In this document: piece after piece, positions 22,087 to 32,568 of the stretch | Layout of the letters: the number at the start of each line of letters is the position of its first letter | How positions within the stretch are numbered: the first letter of the stretch is position 1 | Source: an uncultured Gemmatimonadales bacterium | GTDB taxonomy: Bacteria; Gemmatimonadota; Gemmatimonadetes; Gemmatimonadales; Gemmatimonadaceae | Assembly: GCA_963851265.1 (NCBI GenBank) | Contig: CAWKNZ010000007.1 | Span: 672,001 to 736,000, forward strand | Length of the DNA: 64,000 nucleotides | Direction of reading: 5' to 3' | Translations under genes and position numbers: made by a program | The notes under the pieces: generated by a model | What the model was told of the DNA's origin: nothing | The model's database searches: none | What the model saw: only the letters and a program-made list of their open reading frames with translations

Positions 22087-23745
22087 ATGCGCCTCCCGTC
22101 CGCCCTCCTCGCGCTCGTGCCCGCGCTGCTCGCGGGCGCCGCACCTTCAGTCCACGCGCAGCGCGCGGCGCGGGCCGCGCCGGCCGCGATCTCCCCCGCC
22201 GAGATCGACGGCGACCTCAAGTTCCTCTCGTCCGACCTGCTGGAGGGCCGCGCCCCCGCCACGCGCGGCGGCCGTCTCGCCGCCGACTACATCGCGAGCC
22301 AGTTGCGCGTGGCCGGCGTCTCGCCCGGCGTTGGTGACTCGTCCTACCTGCAGCGGGTGCCGATCGACGTCGTGAAGGCCGACCCAGCGACGATCCGCGT
22401 CGGCGCGTCGGGCAGGGCGACCGCGACGCTCCGCTTCACCGACGACGTGGTGGTCTGGGCGGGCTCCGCGACCGACTCGAGCGCGGCGCGCGGCGAGGTG
22501 GTCTTCGTCGGCTACGGCGCCGCGGCCCCGGAGTACAGGTGGGACGACTTCAAGGGCGTGGACGTGAAGGGCAAGTGGCTCATGGTCCTCGTCAACGACC
22601 CGCCGGCACCACCCGACGAGCCGACGCTCTTCGGCGGCAAGGCGATGACGTACTACGGGCGGTGGACCTACAAGTACGAGGAGGCCGAGCGGCGCGGCGC
22701 GGCCGGAATGCTGATCGTGCACACCACCGAGCGCGCGGGCTACCCGTGGCAGGTGGTCGTCGGCTCCAACTCGGTCGAGCACCGGCTGCTGCCGCGCGAC
22801 CCCGCCGGCCCCGCCCCGATCGGCGTGCGCGGGTGGATCAAGGACACCGTCGCGGCCTCGTTGCTCAAGCAGGCGGGGCTGGACTTCGATTCGCTGCGGG
22901 CGCGGGCCGCGCGCCGCGACTTCCGCCCGGTGAGCACCGGCATCGTGCTCGACGCGTCGTTCCGCAACCGCGTGTCGCACCTCGCCTCGGAGAACGTGGT
23001 CGGCGTCGTGCGCGGCGCGGCGCGGCCGGGCGAGTACGTCGCGCTGTCGGCCCACTGGGACCACCTCGGCATCGGCCCGGCGGTGAACGGCGACTCGATC
23101 TACAACGGCGCGCTCGACAACGCGTCGGGCGTGGCCGACCTGCTCGCCGTCGCGCGCGCGTCGGCCGCGGCGCCCCGGCCCGCGCGCTCGCTGCTCTTCG
23201 TGTTCGTCACCGCCGAGGAGTCGGGACTGCTCGGCAGCGCGTGGTTCGCCGAGCACCCGACGGTGCCGGCCGCCGGGCTGGTCGCCAACCTCAACCTCGA
23301 TGGCGGCAACCTGCTCGGGCGCGTGCGCGACCTCAACGTCCTGGGCGAGACGAAGAGCGCGTTAGGCCCGATGCTGGCCGCGTTCGCGCGCCCGCGCGGG
23401 CTGCGGCTCGACCCGGAGGAGCACCCCGAGCAGGGGCACTTCTACCGCTCCGACCACTTCTCGTTCGCCAAGGCCGGCGTACCCGCCGTGAGCATCGGCC
23501 CGGGCACCGACTACGTCGGGCGGCCGGCGGGGTGGGGGAAGGCGCAGGACGAGGCGTACACGGCGAAGCACTACCACCAGCCGAGCGACGAGTACCGGCC
23601 CAACTTCGACCTCTCGGGCGCGGTGCAGCTGTCGCAGCTCGTGTTCGATTTCGCGCACTCGCTCGCCAACTCGACCGCGTGGCCGACGTGGAACGCGGAC
23701 GCGGAGTTCAAGCGGCCGGCGGCGGCGCGGACTGCGGCGCGGTGA
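22087..23745 (+). CDS. Secreted M28 peptidase with PA domain
   Basis: LSSDLLEGR, YYGRWTYKYEEA, SAHWDHLG, GALDNASG, TAEESGLLG and YHQPSD. Confidence 0.92.
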   Translation: MRLPSALLALVPALLAGAAPSVHAQRAARAAPAAISPAEIDGDLKFLSSDLLEGRAPATRGGRLAADYIASQLRVAGVSPGVGDSSYLQRVPIDVVKADPATIRVGASGRATATLRFTDDVVVWAGSATDSSAARGEVVFVGYGAAAPEYRWDDFKGVDVKGKWLMVLVNDPPAPPDEPTLFGGKAMTYYGRWTYKYEEAERRGAAGMLIVHTTERAGYPWQVVVGSNSVEHRLLPRDPAGPAPIGVRGWIKDTVAASLLKQAGLDFDSLRARAARRDFRPVSTGIVLDASFRNRVSHLASENVVGVVRGAARPGEYVALSAHWDHLGIGPAVNGDSIYNGALDNASGVADLLAVARASAAAPRPARSLLFVFVTAEESGLLGSAWFAEHPTVPAAGLVANLNLDGGNLLGRVRDLNVLGETKSALGPMLAAFARPRGLRLDPEEHPEQGHFYRSDHFSFAKAGVPAVSIGPGTDYVGRPAGWGKAQDEAYTAKHYHQPSDEYRPNFDLSGAVQLSQLVFDFAHSLANSTAWPTWNADAEFKRPAAARTAAR

Positions 23746-23790
23746 GTCGCTCGCGACCGACGGGTGCACCCCCGCTTCGGCGGGGATGAC

Positions 23791-25242
23791 GTGACGTCAG
23801 GGCAACCCACTCCCACCGTCGCCCCCGCGCAGGCGGGGGCCCACCCGACCCGGCCGACGGAGCCGGCCCACCCCGCGGGCCCTCGGCTCGTCCGCGCGCT
23901 CGGCCCGCTCGGGCTCGGCGCGGCGATCGTCAACGTGATCGTCGGCGGCGGGATCTTTCGTCTCCCGTCGGGGGCCGCCGCGGCGTTGGGCACGGCCGCG
24001 CCGATCGCCTACGTCGCGTGCGCGGCCGCGATGGCGCTGATCGTCCTCTGCGTCGCCGAGGCGGGGAGCCGCGTGGGGCGCACGGGCGGGCTCTACGCGT
24101 ACGTCGAGGTCGCGTTCGGCCCGTTCGTCGGATTCGTCGCGGGGGTGATGCTCTACGCCTGCATGGCGGCGGCGCTCGGCGCCGTGTCGTCGTTCCTCGC
24201 CGACCTGCTCGGCGCGATCATGCCCGCGCTCGCGGCCGGGGTGCCGCGCGCGGCCGCGCTGCTCGCGATCCTGGCGGCGTTCGCCGCGCTCAACGTGCGC
24301 GGCGTGCGCGCCGCGAACCGGACCAACGCGGTGCTCACGGCCGCCAAGCTCGTGCCCCTCGCGCTGTTCGTCGTGCTCGGCGCGTTCGCGGTGCGCGCGC
24401 CCAACCTCGCGATCCGCGCGCTCCCGTCGGGCGGCGACGTCGCGCGCACGGCGACGTTCCTCATCTTCGCCTTCCTCGGCGTCGAGAGCGCGCTGGCGCC
24501 GAGCGGCGAGGTGCGCGACCCGGCGCGGACCGTGCCGCGCGCGCTCTTCGGCGCGATGGCCGCGGTGACCGTGATCTACCTCGCCGTGCACCTCGTCGCC
24601 GAGGGCGTGCTGGGCGCCGCGCTCGCGACGAGCAAGACGCCCGTGGCCGACGCGGCAGGCGTGGCGTTAGGCGGCTGGGGGCGCGCGCTCGTCCTCGCCG
24701 GGTCGCTCGTGTCGATGCTCGGCTACGTGGGCGGGATGACGTTCGCGGCCCCGCGCATGCTGTTCGCCCTCGGCCGCGACGGCTTCCTCCCGCGCGGGCT
24801 CGCCGCGGTGCACCCGCGCTTCCGGACGCCGTACGTGGCCGTGCTCGCGCAGACGGCCGTCACCGCCGTGCTCGCCCTCGGCGGCGCCTTCGAGCGGTTG
24901 GCCCTCGTCGCGAACGGGGCCGCCCTGCTCGTGTACGCCGCGTGCTGCGCGGCCGCGTGGGAGCTGCGGCGGCGCGACGTGCGCGAGGGCGGGGGAGAGC
25001 CGCTCCGGACGCGCGTGGGTGCCGTGGCGCCGTGGGCGGCGATCCTGGTCATCGCCTGGCTGCTGAGCGGCCTCAAGCGCGACGAGTTGATGTGGGTCGG
25101 CGGGACCGCGCTCGCGGCCGTCGCGGTGTACGCCGTGGTGGGCGTGCGGCGCGCTACCGGCGGCGTGGCGCGAGCGGTCATCGCGGGGGCGAGCGCGGGC
25201 ACGCCGGGCGGCGGTCGTTCGTCGCCGCCCGGCTCGGGGTGA
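23791..25242 (+). CDS. APC family amino acid permease
   Basis: IVGGGIFRLP, FAFLGVE, GEVRDP.RTVPRA and about 12 TM segments. Confidence 0.9.
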   Translation: MTSGQPTPTVAPAQAGAHPTRPTEPAHPAGPRLVRALGPLGLGAAIVNVIVGGGIFRLPSGAAAALGTAAPIAYVACAAAMALIVLCVAEAGSRVGRTGGLYAYVEVAFGPFVGFVAGVMLYACMAAALGAVSSFLADLLGAIMPALAAGVPRAAALLAILAAFAALNVRGVRAANRTNAVLTAAKLVPLALFVVLGAFAVRAPNLAIRALPSGGDVARTATFLIFAFLGVESALAPSGEVRDPARTVPRALFGAMAAVTVIYLAVHLVAEGVLGAALATSKTPVADAAGVALGGWGRALVLAGSLVSMLGYVGGMTFAAPRMLFALGRDGFLPRGLAAVHPRFRTPYVAVLAQTAVTAVLALGGAFERLALVANGAALLVYAACCAAAWELRRRDVREGGGEPLRTRVGAVAPWAAILVIAWLLSGLKRDELMWVGGTALAAVAVYAVVGVRRATGGVARAVIAGASAGTPGGGRSSPPGSG

Positions 25243-25258
25243 CAGATTGCACCCCGTG

Positions 25259-26491
25259 ATGCATCCCGACCCCCTCCTGCGCTTCCGCCCCGAGTTCCCG
25301 ACACTCGCGAACTCGACGTACCTCGTCTCCAACTCGCTCGGCGCGATGCCGCGCGCGACGCGCGACCGCCTCAACGCGTACGCCGACGCGTGGACGGCGC
25401 GCGGCGTGCGCGCGTGGGCCGACGCGTGGTGGGAGCTGCCCGTCTCGGTCGGTGACGTCGTCGCCCCGCTCATCGGCGCGCCCGCCGGCACCGTCGCGAT
25501 GACGCCCACCGTGACGCTCGCGCACGCGGCCGTGGTCACGGCCCTCGACTTCGGCGGCGCGGCGGGCGGCGCGGCCGGCGGCACGCCGCGCGACACGATC
25601 GTGATGACCGCGCTCGACTTCCCCAGCGTGCGCTACGCCGTCGAGGCGATGGCGGCCCGGCTCGGCGCGCGCGTCGTCGTCGTCGAGAGCGAGGACGGGA
25701 TCACCGTCGACGCCGACGCCGTGTGCGCGGCCGTGGACGAGCGCACGCGGCTCGTCGCGGTGTCGCACGTGCTCTTCCGGTCCGCGTTCGTCATGGACGC
25801 CGAGCGGATCGTGCGGCACGCGCACGCGGCGGGCGCGCTGGTGATGCTCGACGCGTACCACTCGGCGGGGGTGATGCCGGTGGACGTGGTCGCGTTAGGC
25901 GTGGATTTCCTGGCGGGTGGCGTGCTCAAGTGGCTCTGCGGTGGGCCGGGCGGGAGCTTCCTGTACGTGTCGCCCGAGGTCGAGGCGCGGGCCGGGGCGC
26001 CCGTGCGCCCCGCGCTCACCGGGTGGCAGGCGCACGCGCGGCCGTTCGCGTTCGACACCGCGATGGAGCGCGCCAACGGCGCGTGGGGGTGGCTGGGCGG
26101 GACGCCGGTCGTGCCCGCCCTGTACGCCGCCATCGAGGGCCCGCGGATCCTCGCCGCGGCCGGCATGGACGCGGTGCGCGCGAAGAGCACGCGGCAGACC
26201 GGGCGGCTGATCGCGCTCGCCGACGCGCGCGGCTACCCGGTCCGTGCGCCGCGCGATCCGGAGCGCCGCGGCGGTACGGTCGCCTTCGACGTGCCGCACG
26301 GCTACGAGGTCGCGCAGGCGCTGCTCGCGCGCGACGTGGTGATCGACTACCGGCCGGGGGCGGGGATCCGCGTCGCCCCGCATTTCTACACGAGCGACGA
26401 GGAGCTCGAGGGCGCGGTCGGAGCGATCGACGAGATCCTGGAGCAGGGAGCCTGGCGCGCGTTCGAGGGGCGGCGCGCGGTCGTGACCTGA
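25259..26491 (+). CDS. PLP class V aminotransferase, kynureninase-like
   Basis: YLVSNSLGAMP, LDAYHSAG, LKWLCGGPG, GWQAH and IRVAPHFY. Confidence 0.8.
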   Translation: MHPDPLLRFRPEFPTLANSTYLVSNSLGAMPRATRDRLNAYADAWTARGVRAWADAWWELPVSVGDVVAPLIGAPAGTVAMTPTVTLAHAAVVTALDFGGAAGGAAGGTPRDTIVMTALDFPSVRYAVEAMAARLGARVVVVESEDGITVDADAVCAAVDERTRLVAVSHVLFRSAFVMDAERIVRHAHAAGALVMLDAYHSAGVMPVDVVALGVDFLAGGVLKWLCGGPGGSFLYVSPEVEARAGAPVRPALTGWQAHARPFAFDTAMERANGAWGWLGGTPVVPALYAAIEGPRILAAAGMDAVRAKSTRQTGRLIALADARGYPVRAPRDPERRGGTVAFDVPHGYEVAQALLARDVVIDYRPGAGIRVAPHFYTSDEELEGAVGAIDEILEQGAWRAFEGRRAVVT

Positions 26492-26608
26492 CGGGCGGCG
26501 GGGTGACGCGGCGGCCGTGCTCGCGCTCGCGTTCCCTTGACGCATCTTTCCCGCGCACGCTCTATTCGACCCGCGCCTGCCCGTCCCGTCCCCCACCGCC
26601 CGCGACCC

Positions 26609-26842
26609 ATGGCCACCGCCCCGAAGCGCGTCCGCAAGCAGTACGTGAACCACGACTACCCGCTCGTCCTCCTGCGCTTCGAGGACGGCCACGAGATCAA
26701 GGTCTACAAGGGCACCGGCAAGGAGTTCGACGCCTACCCGGGCGAGACCGTGCGGGTGCTCGCCCTGTACGACCCGACGTCGACCGAGCGCGAGCTCGTC
26801 GCTTCGCGCAAGACCGAAGACTTCGAGGACGCCGCGGAGTGA
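26609..26842 (+). CDS. Small hypothetical protein (77 aa)
   Basis: Strong GC3 codon bias; its stop overlaps the next start (GTGA). Confidence 0.75.
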   Translation: MATAPKRVRKQYVNHDYPLVLLRFEDGHEIKVYKGTGKEFDAYPGETVRVLALYDPTSTERELVASRKTEDFEDAAE

Positions 26843-27795
26843 TCGCGCGGCGCGCGGCCGCCGCGGCGCTGGTGCTGAGCGCGGCGGCCGCGCCCGGGCG
26901 CGCACAGGCACCCGGGCGCCGCGCCGCGGTCGACGCCGCGCGCGCCGACACCGGCGTGCTGCGACGCGCGCTCGACTCGCTCGTCGCGCCGTACGAGGGG
27001 GCCCGCCGCGGCGTCGTGGGCTACGCCGTCCGCAACCTCGACACCGGCGAGCGCCTCGACCATCGCGCCGACGAGACCTTCCCGACCGCGTCGCTCATCA
27101 AGGTCGGCATCCTCGTCACGGTGTTCGACCTCGTCGAGCAGAAGCAGCTCGCGCTCGACGACCCGCTCACCGTGCTCAAGATCGACCAGGTGCCCGGGAG
27201 CGGTCAGCTGCAATGGATGCACCCGGGGCTCGCGGTCACCGTGCGCGACGCGGCGTGGCTGATGAGCACGACGAGCGACAACACGGCCACCAACCTGCTG
27301 CTCGACCGGATCGTGATCCGGCGCGTGTGGCAGAAGATGGAGGCGCTCGGGCTGCCGCACACGAAGGTGCACTCCAAGGTGTACCTCCGTCTCGCGAGCG
27401 TCGCCCCCGACAGCTCGGCCAAGTACGGGCTCGGGGTCTCGACGCCCGGCGAGATGGCCTCCCTGTTCGCGATGCTCGCCGGCGGCCGCGCCGTGAGCCC
27501 CGCCGCCGACTCCGCGATGCTCGACATCCTCGCGCACAACGAGGACGAGCAGCTGCTGCAGCGCTACGTCGACGGCATCCGCGCGCCGCACAAGACCGGC
27601 GCGGTCGACGCGGCGCGCACCGAGTGCACGCTCTGGTACCTGCAGTCGCGCGTGGTCGCGTGCGTGTTCACGAAGGAGAACCAGGACCAGCGCTGGGTGA
27701 TCGACACCGAACCGCAACTGCTCATGGCGCGCATGGGCCAGCGCATCGCCGCGGCCTGGCCCGCCCCCGCCGTCCGCCAGCCGCCCCCGCCGTGA
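26839..27795 (+). CDS. Secreted serine hydrolase, class A beta-lactamase-like (Beta-lactamase2 fold)
   Basis: SLIK (SxxK), SDN and HKTG motifs. Confidence 0.85.
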   Translation: MIARRAAAAALVLSAAAAPGRAQAPGRRAAVDAARADTGVLRRALDSLVAPYEGARRGVVGYAVRNLDTGERLDHRADETFPTASLIKVGILVTVFDLVEQKQLALDDPLTVLKIDQVPGSGQLQWMHPGLAVTVRDAAWLMSTTSDNTATNLLLDRIVIRRVWQKMEALGLPHTKVHSKVYLRLASVAPDSSAKYGLGVSTPGEMASLFAMLAGGRAVSPAADSAMLDILAHNEDEQLLQRYVDGIRAPHKTGAVDAARTECTLWYLQSRVVACVFTKENQDQRWVIDTEPQLLMARMGQRIAAAWPAPAVRQPPPP

Positions 27796-27806
27796 CGCAT
27801 CTCCGT

Positions 27807-28262
27807 ATGACCGACCCTCCGTGCCGCGCGCCCGTCCGGGCCGCGGCGGCGCTCGCCGGCGCGCTCGCCCTGGCGGCCCTCGTGCCCTGCGCCCGCGCGA
27901 ACGCGCAGATCGCCGGCGTGCTCACGCCCCCGCGCGCCGTGCGCCCGGCCCCCGACTCGGTCGCGGGCGCCGACAGCACGGTCCGCGTCGGGCGCGCCCA
28001 GGCGAAGGTGCCCGTGGACGAGCGCCAGCGCCTCGACATCCAGGCCTGGGTCGACTCCGCGGCGGGCGCGCTCGCACAGTCGCCGCCGGCGCCGATCCCC
28101 GCGCCGGGTACCGGGTCGATCTTCACCGCGCCCGCGGTGCCCGACAGTCTGCGTCCGCCGCCGGCGCCCGCACCGCGAGCCCGCGCCCGCGCGAACGCGC
28201 GCGCCCGGACGCGTCCGGGTGCGCGTCCCCGCGCCGCGCGTGCGCCCGCGCGCGCGGGATGA
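27807..28262 (+). CDS. Secreted Pro/Arg-rich hypothetical protein
   Basis: Signal peptide ending ANA-Q; RLDIQAWVDSAAGALA core; position within the operon. Confidence 0.65.
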   Translation: MTDPPCRAPVRAAAALAGALALAALVPCARANAQIAGVLTPPRAVRPAPDSVAGADSTVRVGRAQAKVPVDERQRLDIQAWVDSAAGALAQSPPAPIPAPGTGSIFTAPAVPDSLRPPPAPAPRARARANARARTRPGARPRAARAPARAG

Positions 28263-28283
28263 ACCGCCGGGCATGAGCTCGGG

Positions 28284-29255
28284 ATGAACGGCGCCCTCCT
28301 CCGCGAATCAACCGCCGTCCGCACCGCGCGAGCGTCGGGGCGGCCGGTGGTCCTCCTCGAGAGTTCGGTGCTCGCGCAGGGGCTGCCCATTCCCGCCAAC
28401 CGCGAGGCCGCGGACCGCATGGTCGCGGCCGTGCGCGGCGCCGGCGCCGAGCCCGCGATCAGCGCCGTCGTGCGCGGCAGGCCCGCGCTCGGGCTCGAGG
28501 ACGACGAGCTCGAACGGTTCCTCGCCCGCGACGGCGTGCGCAAGGTGAGCGCGCGCGACCTCGCCGCCGCCATGCTCGACCGGGCCGACGGGGCGACCAC
28601 GGTCGCGGCCTCGCTCGCCCTCGGCCGGCTCGCGGGCGTGCCGGTGTTCGCCACGGGCGGAATCGGCGGCGTGCACCGCGATCTGCCCGGGACGCCCGGC
28701 GCGGGCGCGCCGACGGCCGGCGGGGTGCGCGACGAGTCCGCCGACCTGCTCGAGCTGGCGCGCGCGCCGATGGTCGTCGTCTGCGCCGGGGCGAAGTCGA
28801 TCCTCGACCTGCCCGCGACGCTCGAGCGGCTCGAGACGCTCGGCGTGCCCGTGGTCGGGTACCGCACGCGCCGGCTGCCGGGCTTCTTCACGGCCGACGC
28901 GGGGCTCCCGGTGCCGCACACGGTCGAGCGCGCGGGCGACGTCGCGGCGCTCTGGCGCCACCAGCAAGCGTTAGGCAGGTCGGAGGCCGTGCTCGTCGTG
29001 CAGCCGCCGCCCGCGGACGCGGCGCTGCCGGCCGCCGTGGTCGACGGCGCGGTGGCCGAAGCGCTCGCCGCGGCGGGGCGCGACGGGGTGAGCGGGGCGG
29101 CGGTGACGCCCTACCTCCTCGGCGCGGTGGAGCGCGCCACGGGCGGTCGTTCGCTCGCCGCCAACCTCGCCCTGCTCGAAGCCAACGCGCGGCTGGCCGC
29201 CGAGATCGCGCGCGAGATCGCGCGCGATCTGGCGGCGGCCCCGCCCGACGCCTAA
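28284..29255 (+). CDS. psuG: Pseudouridine-5'-phosphate glycosidase
   Basis: LESSVLAQGLP, GATTVA, FATGGIGGVHR, ESADL, GAKSILD and VTPYLL. Confidence 0.92.
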   Translation: MNGALLRESTAVRTARASGRPVVLLESSVLAQGLPIPANREAADRMVAAVRGAGAEPAISAVVRGRPALGLEDDELERFLARDGVRKVSARDLAAAMLDRADGATTVAASLALGRLAGVPVFATGGIGGVHRDLPGTPGAGAPTAGGVRDESADLLELARAPMVVVCAGAKSILDLPATLERLETLGVPVVGYRTRRLPGFFTADAGLPVPHTVERAGDVAALWRHQQALGRSEAVLVVQPPPADAALPAAVVDGAVAEALAAAGRDGVSGAAVTPYLLGAVERATGGRSLAANLALLEANARLAAEIAREIARDLAAAPPDA

Positions 29256-29265
29256 CGCATCGCCG

Positions 29266-29297
29266 CGGTTCGGGCGCGCCGGGCGGCGCGCGAACCG
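29266..29297 (+). terminator. Hairpin after psuG
   Basis: CGGTTC-gg-GCGCGCC-gggc-GGCGCGC-GAACCG; no U-tract. Confidence 0.4.
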
Positions 29298-29502
29298 GTT
29301 CGGCCGTTCGGCGCCGCGTTCGAGGGAGCGCTCGCCGCGGGGCCCGGCGGCGGCGGCGACCATTTGTTTACATCTCGCACACAAAGAATCGTGTGCGCGG
29401 TGACGCCGCCGGGGGCGGTCGGGTCCGCTCTTCCGTTGCGCCCGCGTCCGGTCGCCGTCGCCGTTGACGCGCGGGCACCGCCCCCCCCGCGCAGGAGAAA
29501 GC

Positions 29503-32500
29503 GTGAGAGACTTCCGGAGGCCAGTCCCCGCGGCCGCCGTCGCCGTCGCCGTCTCGCTCACCGCCGTGTCCCTCGCCGCGGCGCGGGCGCAGGCCCAGCG
29601 CCGGGTGACGGGGAGCGTCACCGGCGAGGGCGGGGTGCCACTCGCCGGCGCGACCGTACAGGTGGTCGGCACGCAGGCCGGGACGTACACGACCGAGGCC
29701 GGGCGTTTCACGATCCCGGTCGGCGCGGGCGCGCAGACGCTGCGCGTGCGACGCATCGGCTACCAGGCGCGCACGGTCACGGTCGCGGCCGGCCAGACCG
29801 ACGCCGGCGCCCTCGCGCTCGCGCGCGACGTGCTCCAACTCGAGGCGCAGGTGGTCACCGGCGTGGGCACGACCATCGCGCGGCGCAACGCGGCCAACGA
29901 CGTCGCCGTCGTGTCGGGCGCGGAGCTCAACGCGGTGCCGCAGCCCACGGTCGACAACGCGCTGCAGGGCAAGATCGCCGGCGCCGTGGTGTCGCAGAAC
30001 TCGGGGGCGCCGGGCGGCGGCGCGCAGTTCCGCATCCGCGGCGCCAACTCCATCCTCGGCAACACCGACCCGCTGCTCATCGTCGACGGCGTCATCGTCT
30101 CCAACGACGTCATCCAGCCGGGGACCAACGCCGTGCTGCAGGCGTCGACGGCGACGCGCAACGCGTCGAGCCAGGACAACGGCGTCAACCGCATCGCGGA
30201 CCTCAACCCCAACGACATCGAGAACATCGAGGTGCTCAAGGGCGCCTCGGCGTCGCAGATCTACGGCTCGCGCGCGTCCAACGGCGTCATCATCATCACC
30301 ACGCGCAAGGGCCAGGCGGGGCGGCCGCAGTTCAACCTCTCGCAGCGCGTGGGCGGCGCCAGCATCCTGCGCACGCTCGACGAGCGGCACTACTCGCTCG
30401 CCGAGGCGTTCGCGAGCGGGATCGGCGCCGGCCTCGACTCGGCGGCGGTGCGGGCGAACTACGCACAGTGCAACGGCTTCTGCGACCACCAGACGGAGCT
30501 GTTCGACCACGCCGGCGCGTCGTACGAGACCGACCTCTCGGTGCGCGGCGGCGGCAACACGGCGCAGTACTACGTGTCCGGACTCGCCAAGCGCGACGGC
30601 GGGCTCGCCATCCGCACCGGCTACGACAAGCAGTCGCTGCGCGCCAACCTCACCACCGCGCTCAGCTCGCGGTTCAACGCGCAGGTGAGTGCCAACTTCG
30701 TGCACTCGCTCGCGGAGCGCGGGTTCTCGAACAACGACAACGTCAACGTCACGCCGTACTTCGTGTTCCCGGCCACGCCCACGTGGTTCGACCTGCGGCC
30801 CGTGAACGGCGTGTTCCCCGTCAACCCGTTCACCTCGTCCAACCCGCTGCAGACCTTCTCGCTGTCGCGCACGCCCGAGGAGGTGTGGCGCGAGATCGGC
30901 GCCGTCACCGCCGACTACGCGCTGCTGGCGCAGGAGCGGCAGACGCTCACCCTGCGCTTCAACGGCGGGATCGACTTCTACAACCAGCAGGACAACCTCA
31001 GCGCCCCGGCCTTCCTGCAGTTCGAGGCCGCGCAGCCCAACCCCGGCATCCTCACGCTGCAGTCCGGGAACAACATCTACGGCAACTCCGCCGTCACGCT
31101 CGCGCACACGTACCGGCCCGGCGCGGGCACGTCGCTCACGACGTCGGCCGGCGCGCAGTACGAGTACCGGTCGCAGCGCGTGGGCAACATCGTCGGGCAG
31201 AACGTCCTCGCCGGGCAGCAGAACCTGCAGAACGCGTCGACCATCAACGCGTACGACTTCCGGCTGCGCCAGATCGACCTCGCGTACTTCGCGCAGGAGG
31301 AGTTCCTCACGCTCGGCGAGCGGCTGCTGCTCACGGCCGCCCTGCGCGCGCAGCGCTCGACGGTCAACGGCAACCAGGACAAGTACTACGTCTTCCCCAA
31401 GGCCTCGGCGTCGTACCGCATCCCCGGCCTGCCGAGCGCGATCAACGAGGCGAAGCTGCGGCTGGCGTACGGCGTGGCCGGGAACCCCCCGCTCATCACG
31501 TCGCAGTTCACCCCCGTGACGACCACCGTGTACGGCGGGCAGAACGCGGTGATCCCCGGGCTGCGGCTCGGCGCCCCGAGCATCCACCCCGAACTCCAGC
31601 GCGAGATCGAGGGCGGCGTCGACCTCACCCTCTTCAACAGCCGCGCCAGCGTCGGCATCACCGGCTACAACCGGTCGATCAGCGACCTCCTGCTCGAGCC
31701 CACCGTGGCCTCGTCGCGCGGGTTCACGACCCTCGACATCAACGGCGGCCGCATGTACAACCGCGGCATCGAGCTCAACGCGTCGGGCACGCTGGTGCAG
31801 ACGCGCGACGTGACGTGGGTGCCGCGGCTCGTTTTCTCGCGGAACGTCAACAAGGTCACCGCGCTGCCCGACGTCGTCGGGCACATCCAGTGCCTGACGG
31901 CGGCGGGCGACGGGTTGCAGACCGACCCGCTGCAATGCCCCCGCGGGTTCACCGTGGGCACGTTCGGGTTCGACCTCGGGCAGGGGCGCGTGCAGGAGGG
32001 CGCGTCGCTCACCCAGGTGGTCGGCACCGACACGGTGCCCAACACCGGCTGTGCGGCCGGGGCCGCGACGTGCGTGAAGTACGCGCGCAAGTACGGCGAC
32101 ACCGAACCCCGGTTCACCGTCGGCTTCTCGAACGAGGTCACCGTGCACGGCGTGCGGCTGTACGCCCTGCTCGACTGGCGCTACCGCTTCGCGATCGTGA
32201 ACACCACGCAGAACACGTTCGACTCGTTCGGCGCGCTGGCCGACACCGCGGCCAGCGCGCGGCGGCTCGCCTCGTACCAGGTGACCGCGCCGTACATCCA
32301 GGACGGCACGTTCCTCATGCTGCGCGAGGTCACGGCCAGCTACACGCTGCCGGCCGCCGTCTCGCAGCGCGTGCTGCGCGGGCGGGCGAGCAGCCTGTCG
32401 GTCGAGCTGAGCGGGCGCAACCTCGCGCTCCACACGCGCTACGCGGGGCTCACGCCCGAGGTGAGCAACTTCGGCAACTCCAACGTGGTCCGAAACCAGG

Positions 32501-32559
32501 ACCTCGCGCCGTTCCCGCAGTCGCGCACGTACTTCGTTTCCTTCAACGTGGGGTTCTGA
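29503..32559 (+). CDS. SusC/RagA-family TonB-linked outer-membrane protein
   Basis: RBS AGGAGA; N-terminal CarboxypepD_reg-like domain; DIENIEVLKGASASQIYGSRASNGVIIITT; terminal Phe. Confidence 0.93.
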   Translation: MRDFRRPVPAAAVAVAVSLTAVSLAAARAQAQRRVTGSVTGEGGVPLAGATVQVVGTQAGTYTTEAGRFTIPVGAGAQTLRVRRIGYQARTVTVAAGQTDAGALALARDVLQLEAQVVTGVGTTIARRNAANDVAVVSGAELNAVPQPTVDNALQGKIAGAVVSQNSGAPGGGAQFRIRGANSILGNTDPLLIVDGVIVSNDVIQPGTNAVLQASTATRNASSQDNGVNRIADLNPNDIENIEVLKGASASQIYGSRASNGVIIITTRKGQAGRPQFNLSQRVGGASILRTLDERHYSLAEAFASGIGAGLDSAAVRANYAQCNGFCDHQTELFDHAGASYETDLSVRGGGNTAQYYVSGLAKRDGGLAIRTGYDKQSLRANLTTALSSRFNAQVSANFVHSLAERGFSNNDNVNVTPYFVFPATPTWFDLRPVNGVFPVNPFTSSNPLQTFSLSRTPEEVWREIGAVTADYALLAQERQTLTLRFNGGIDFYNQQDNLSAPAFLQFEAAQPNPGILTLQSGNNIYGNSAVTLAHTYRPGAGTSLTTSAGAQYEYRSQRVGNIVGQNVLAGQQNLQNASTINAYDFRLRQIDLAYFAQEEFLTLGERLLLTAALRAQRSTVNGNQDKYYVFPKASASYRIPGLPSAINEAKLRLAYGVAGNPPLITSQFTPVTTTVYGGQNAVIPGLRLGAPSIHPELQREIEGGVDLTLFNSRASVGITGYNRSISDLLLEPTVASSRGFTTLDINGGRMYNRGIELNASGTLVQTRDVTWVPRLVFSRNVNKVTALPDVVGHIQCLTAAGDGLQTDPLQCPRGFTVGTFGFDLGQGRVQEGASLTQVVGTDTVPNTGCAAGAATCVKYARKYGDTEPRFTVGFSNEVTVHGVRLYALLDWRYRFAIVNTTQNTFDSFGALADTAASARRLASYQVTAPYIQDGTFLMLREVTASYTLPAAVSQRVLRGRASSLSVELSGRNLALHTRYAGLTPEVSNFGNSNVVRNQDLAPFPQSRTYFVSFNVGF

Positions 32560-32568
32560 GGCGCGCCG

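Noticed and set aside
26839..27795. True class A beta-lactamase resistance gene
   Set aside because: SxxK, SDN and KTG are present but no omega-loop ExxLN (Glu166) is evident; more likely a PBP-like hydrolase.
29250..29400. GCCTAAC on a stop codon as an integron attC inverse core (GTTAGGC fits GTTRRRY)
   Set aside because: No matching GTTRRRY within attC distance, no integrase, and most motif copies sit inside housekeeping genes.
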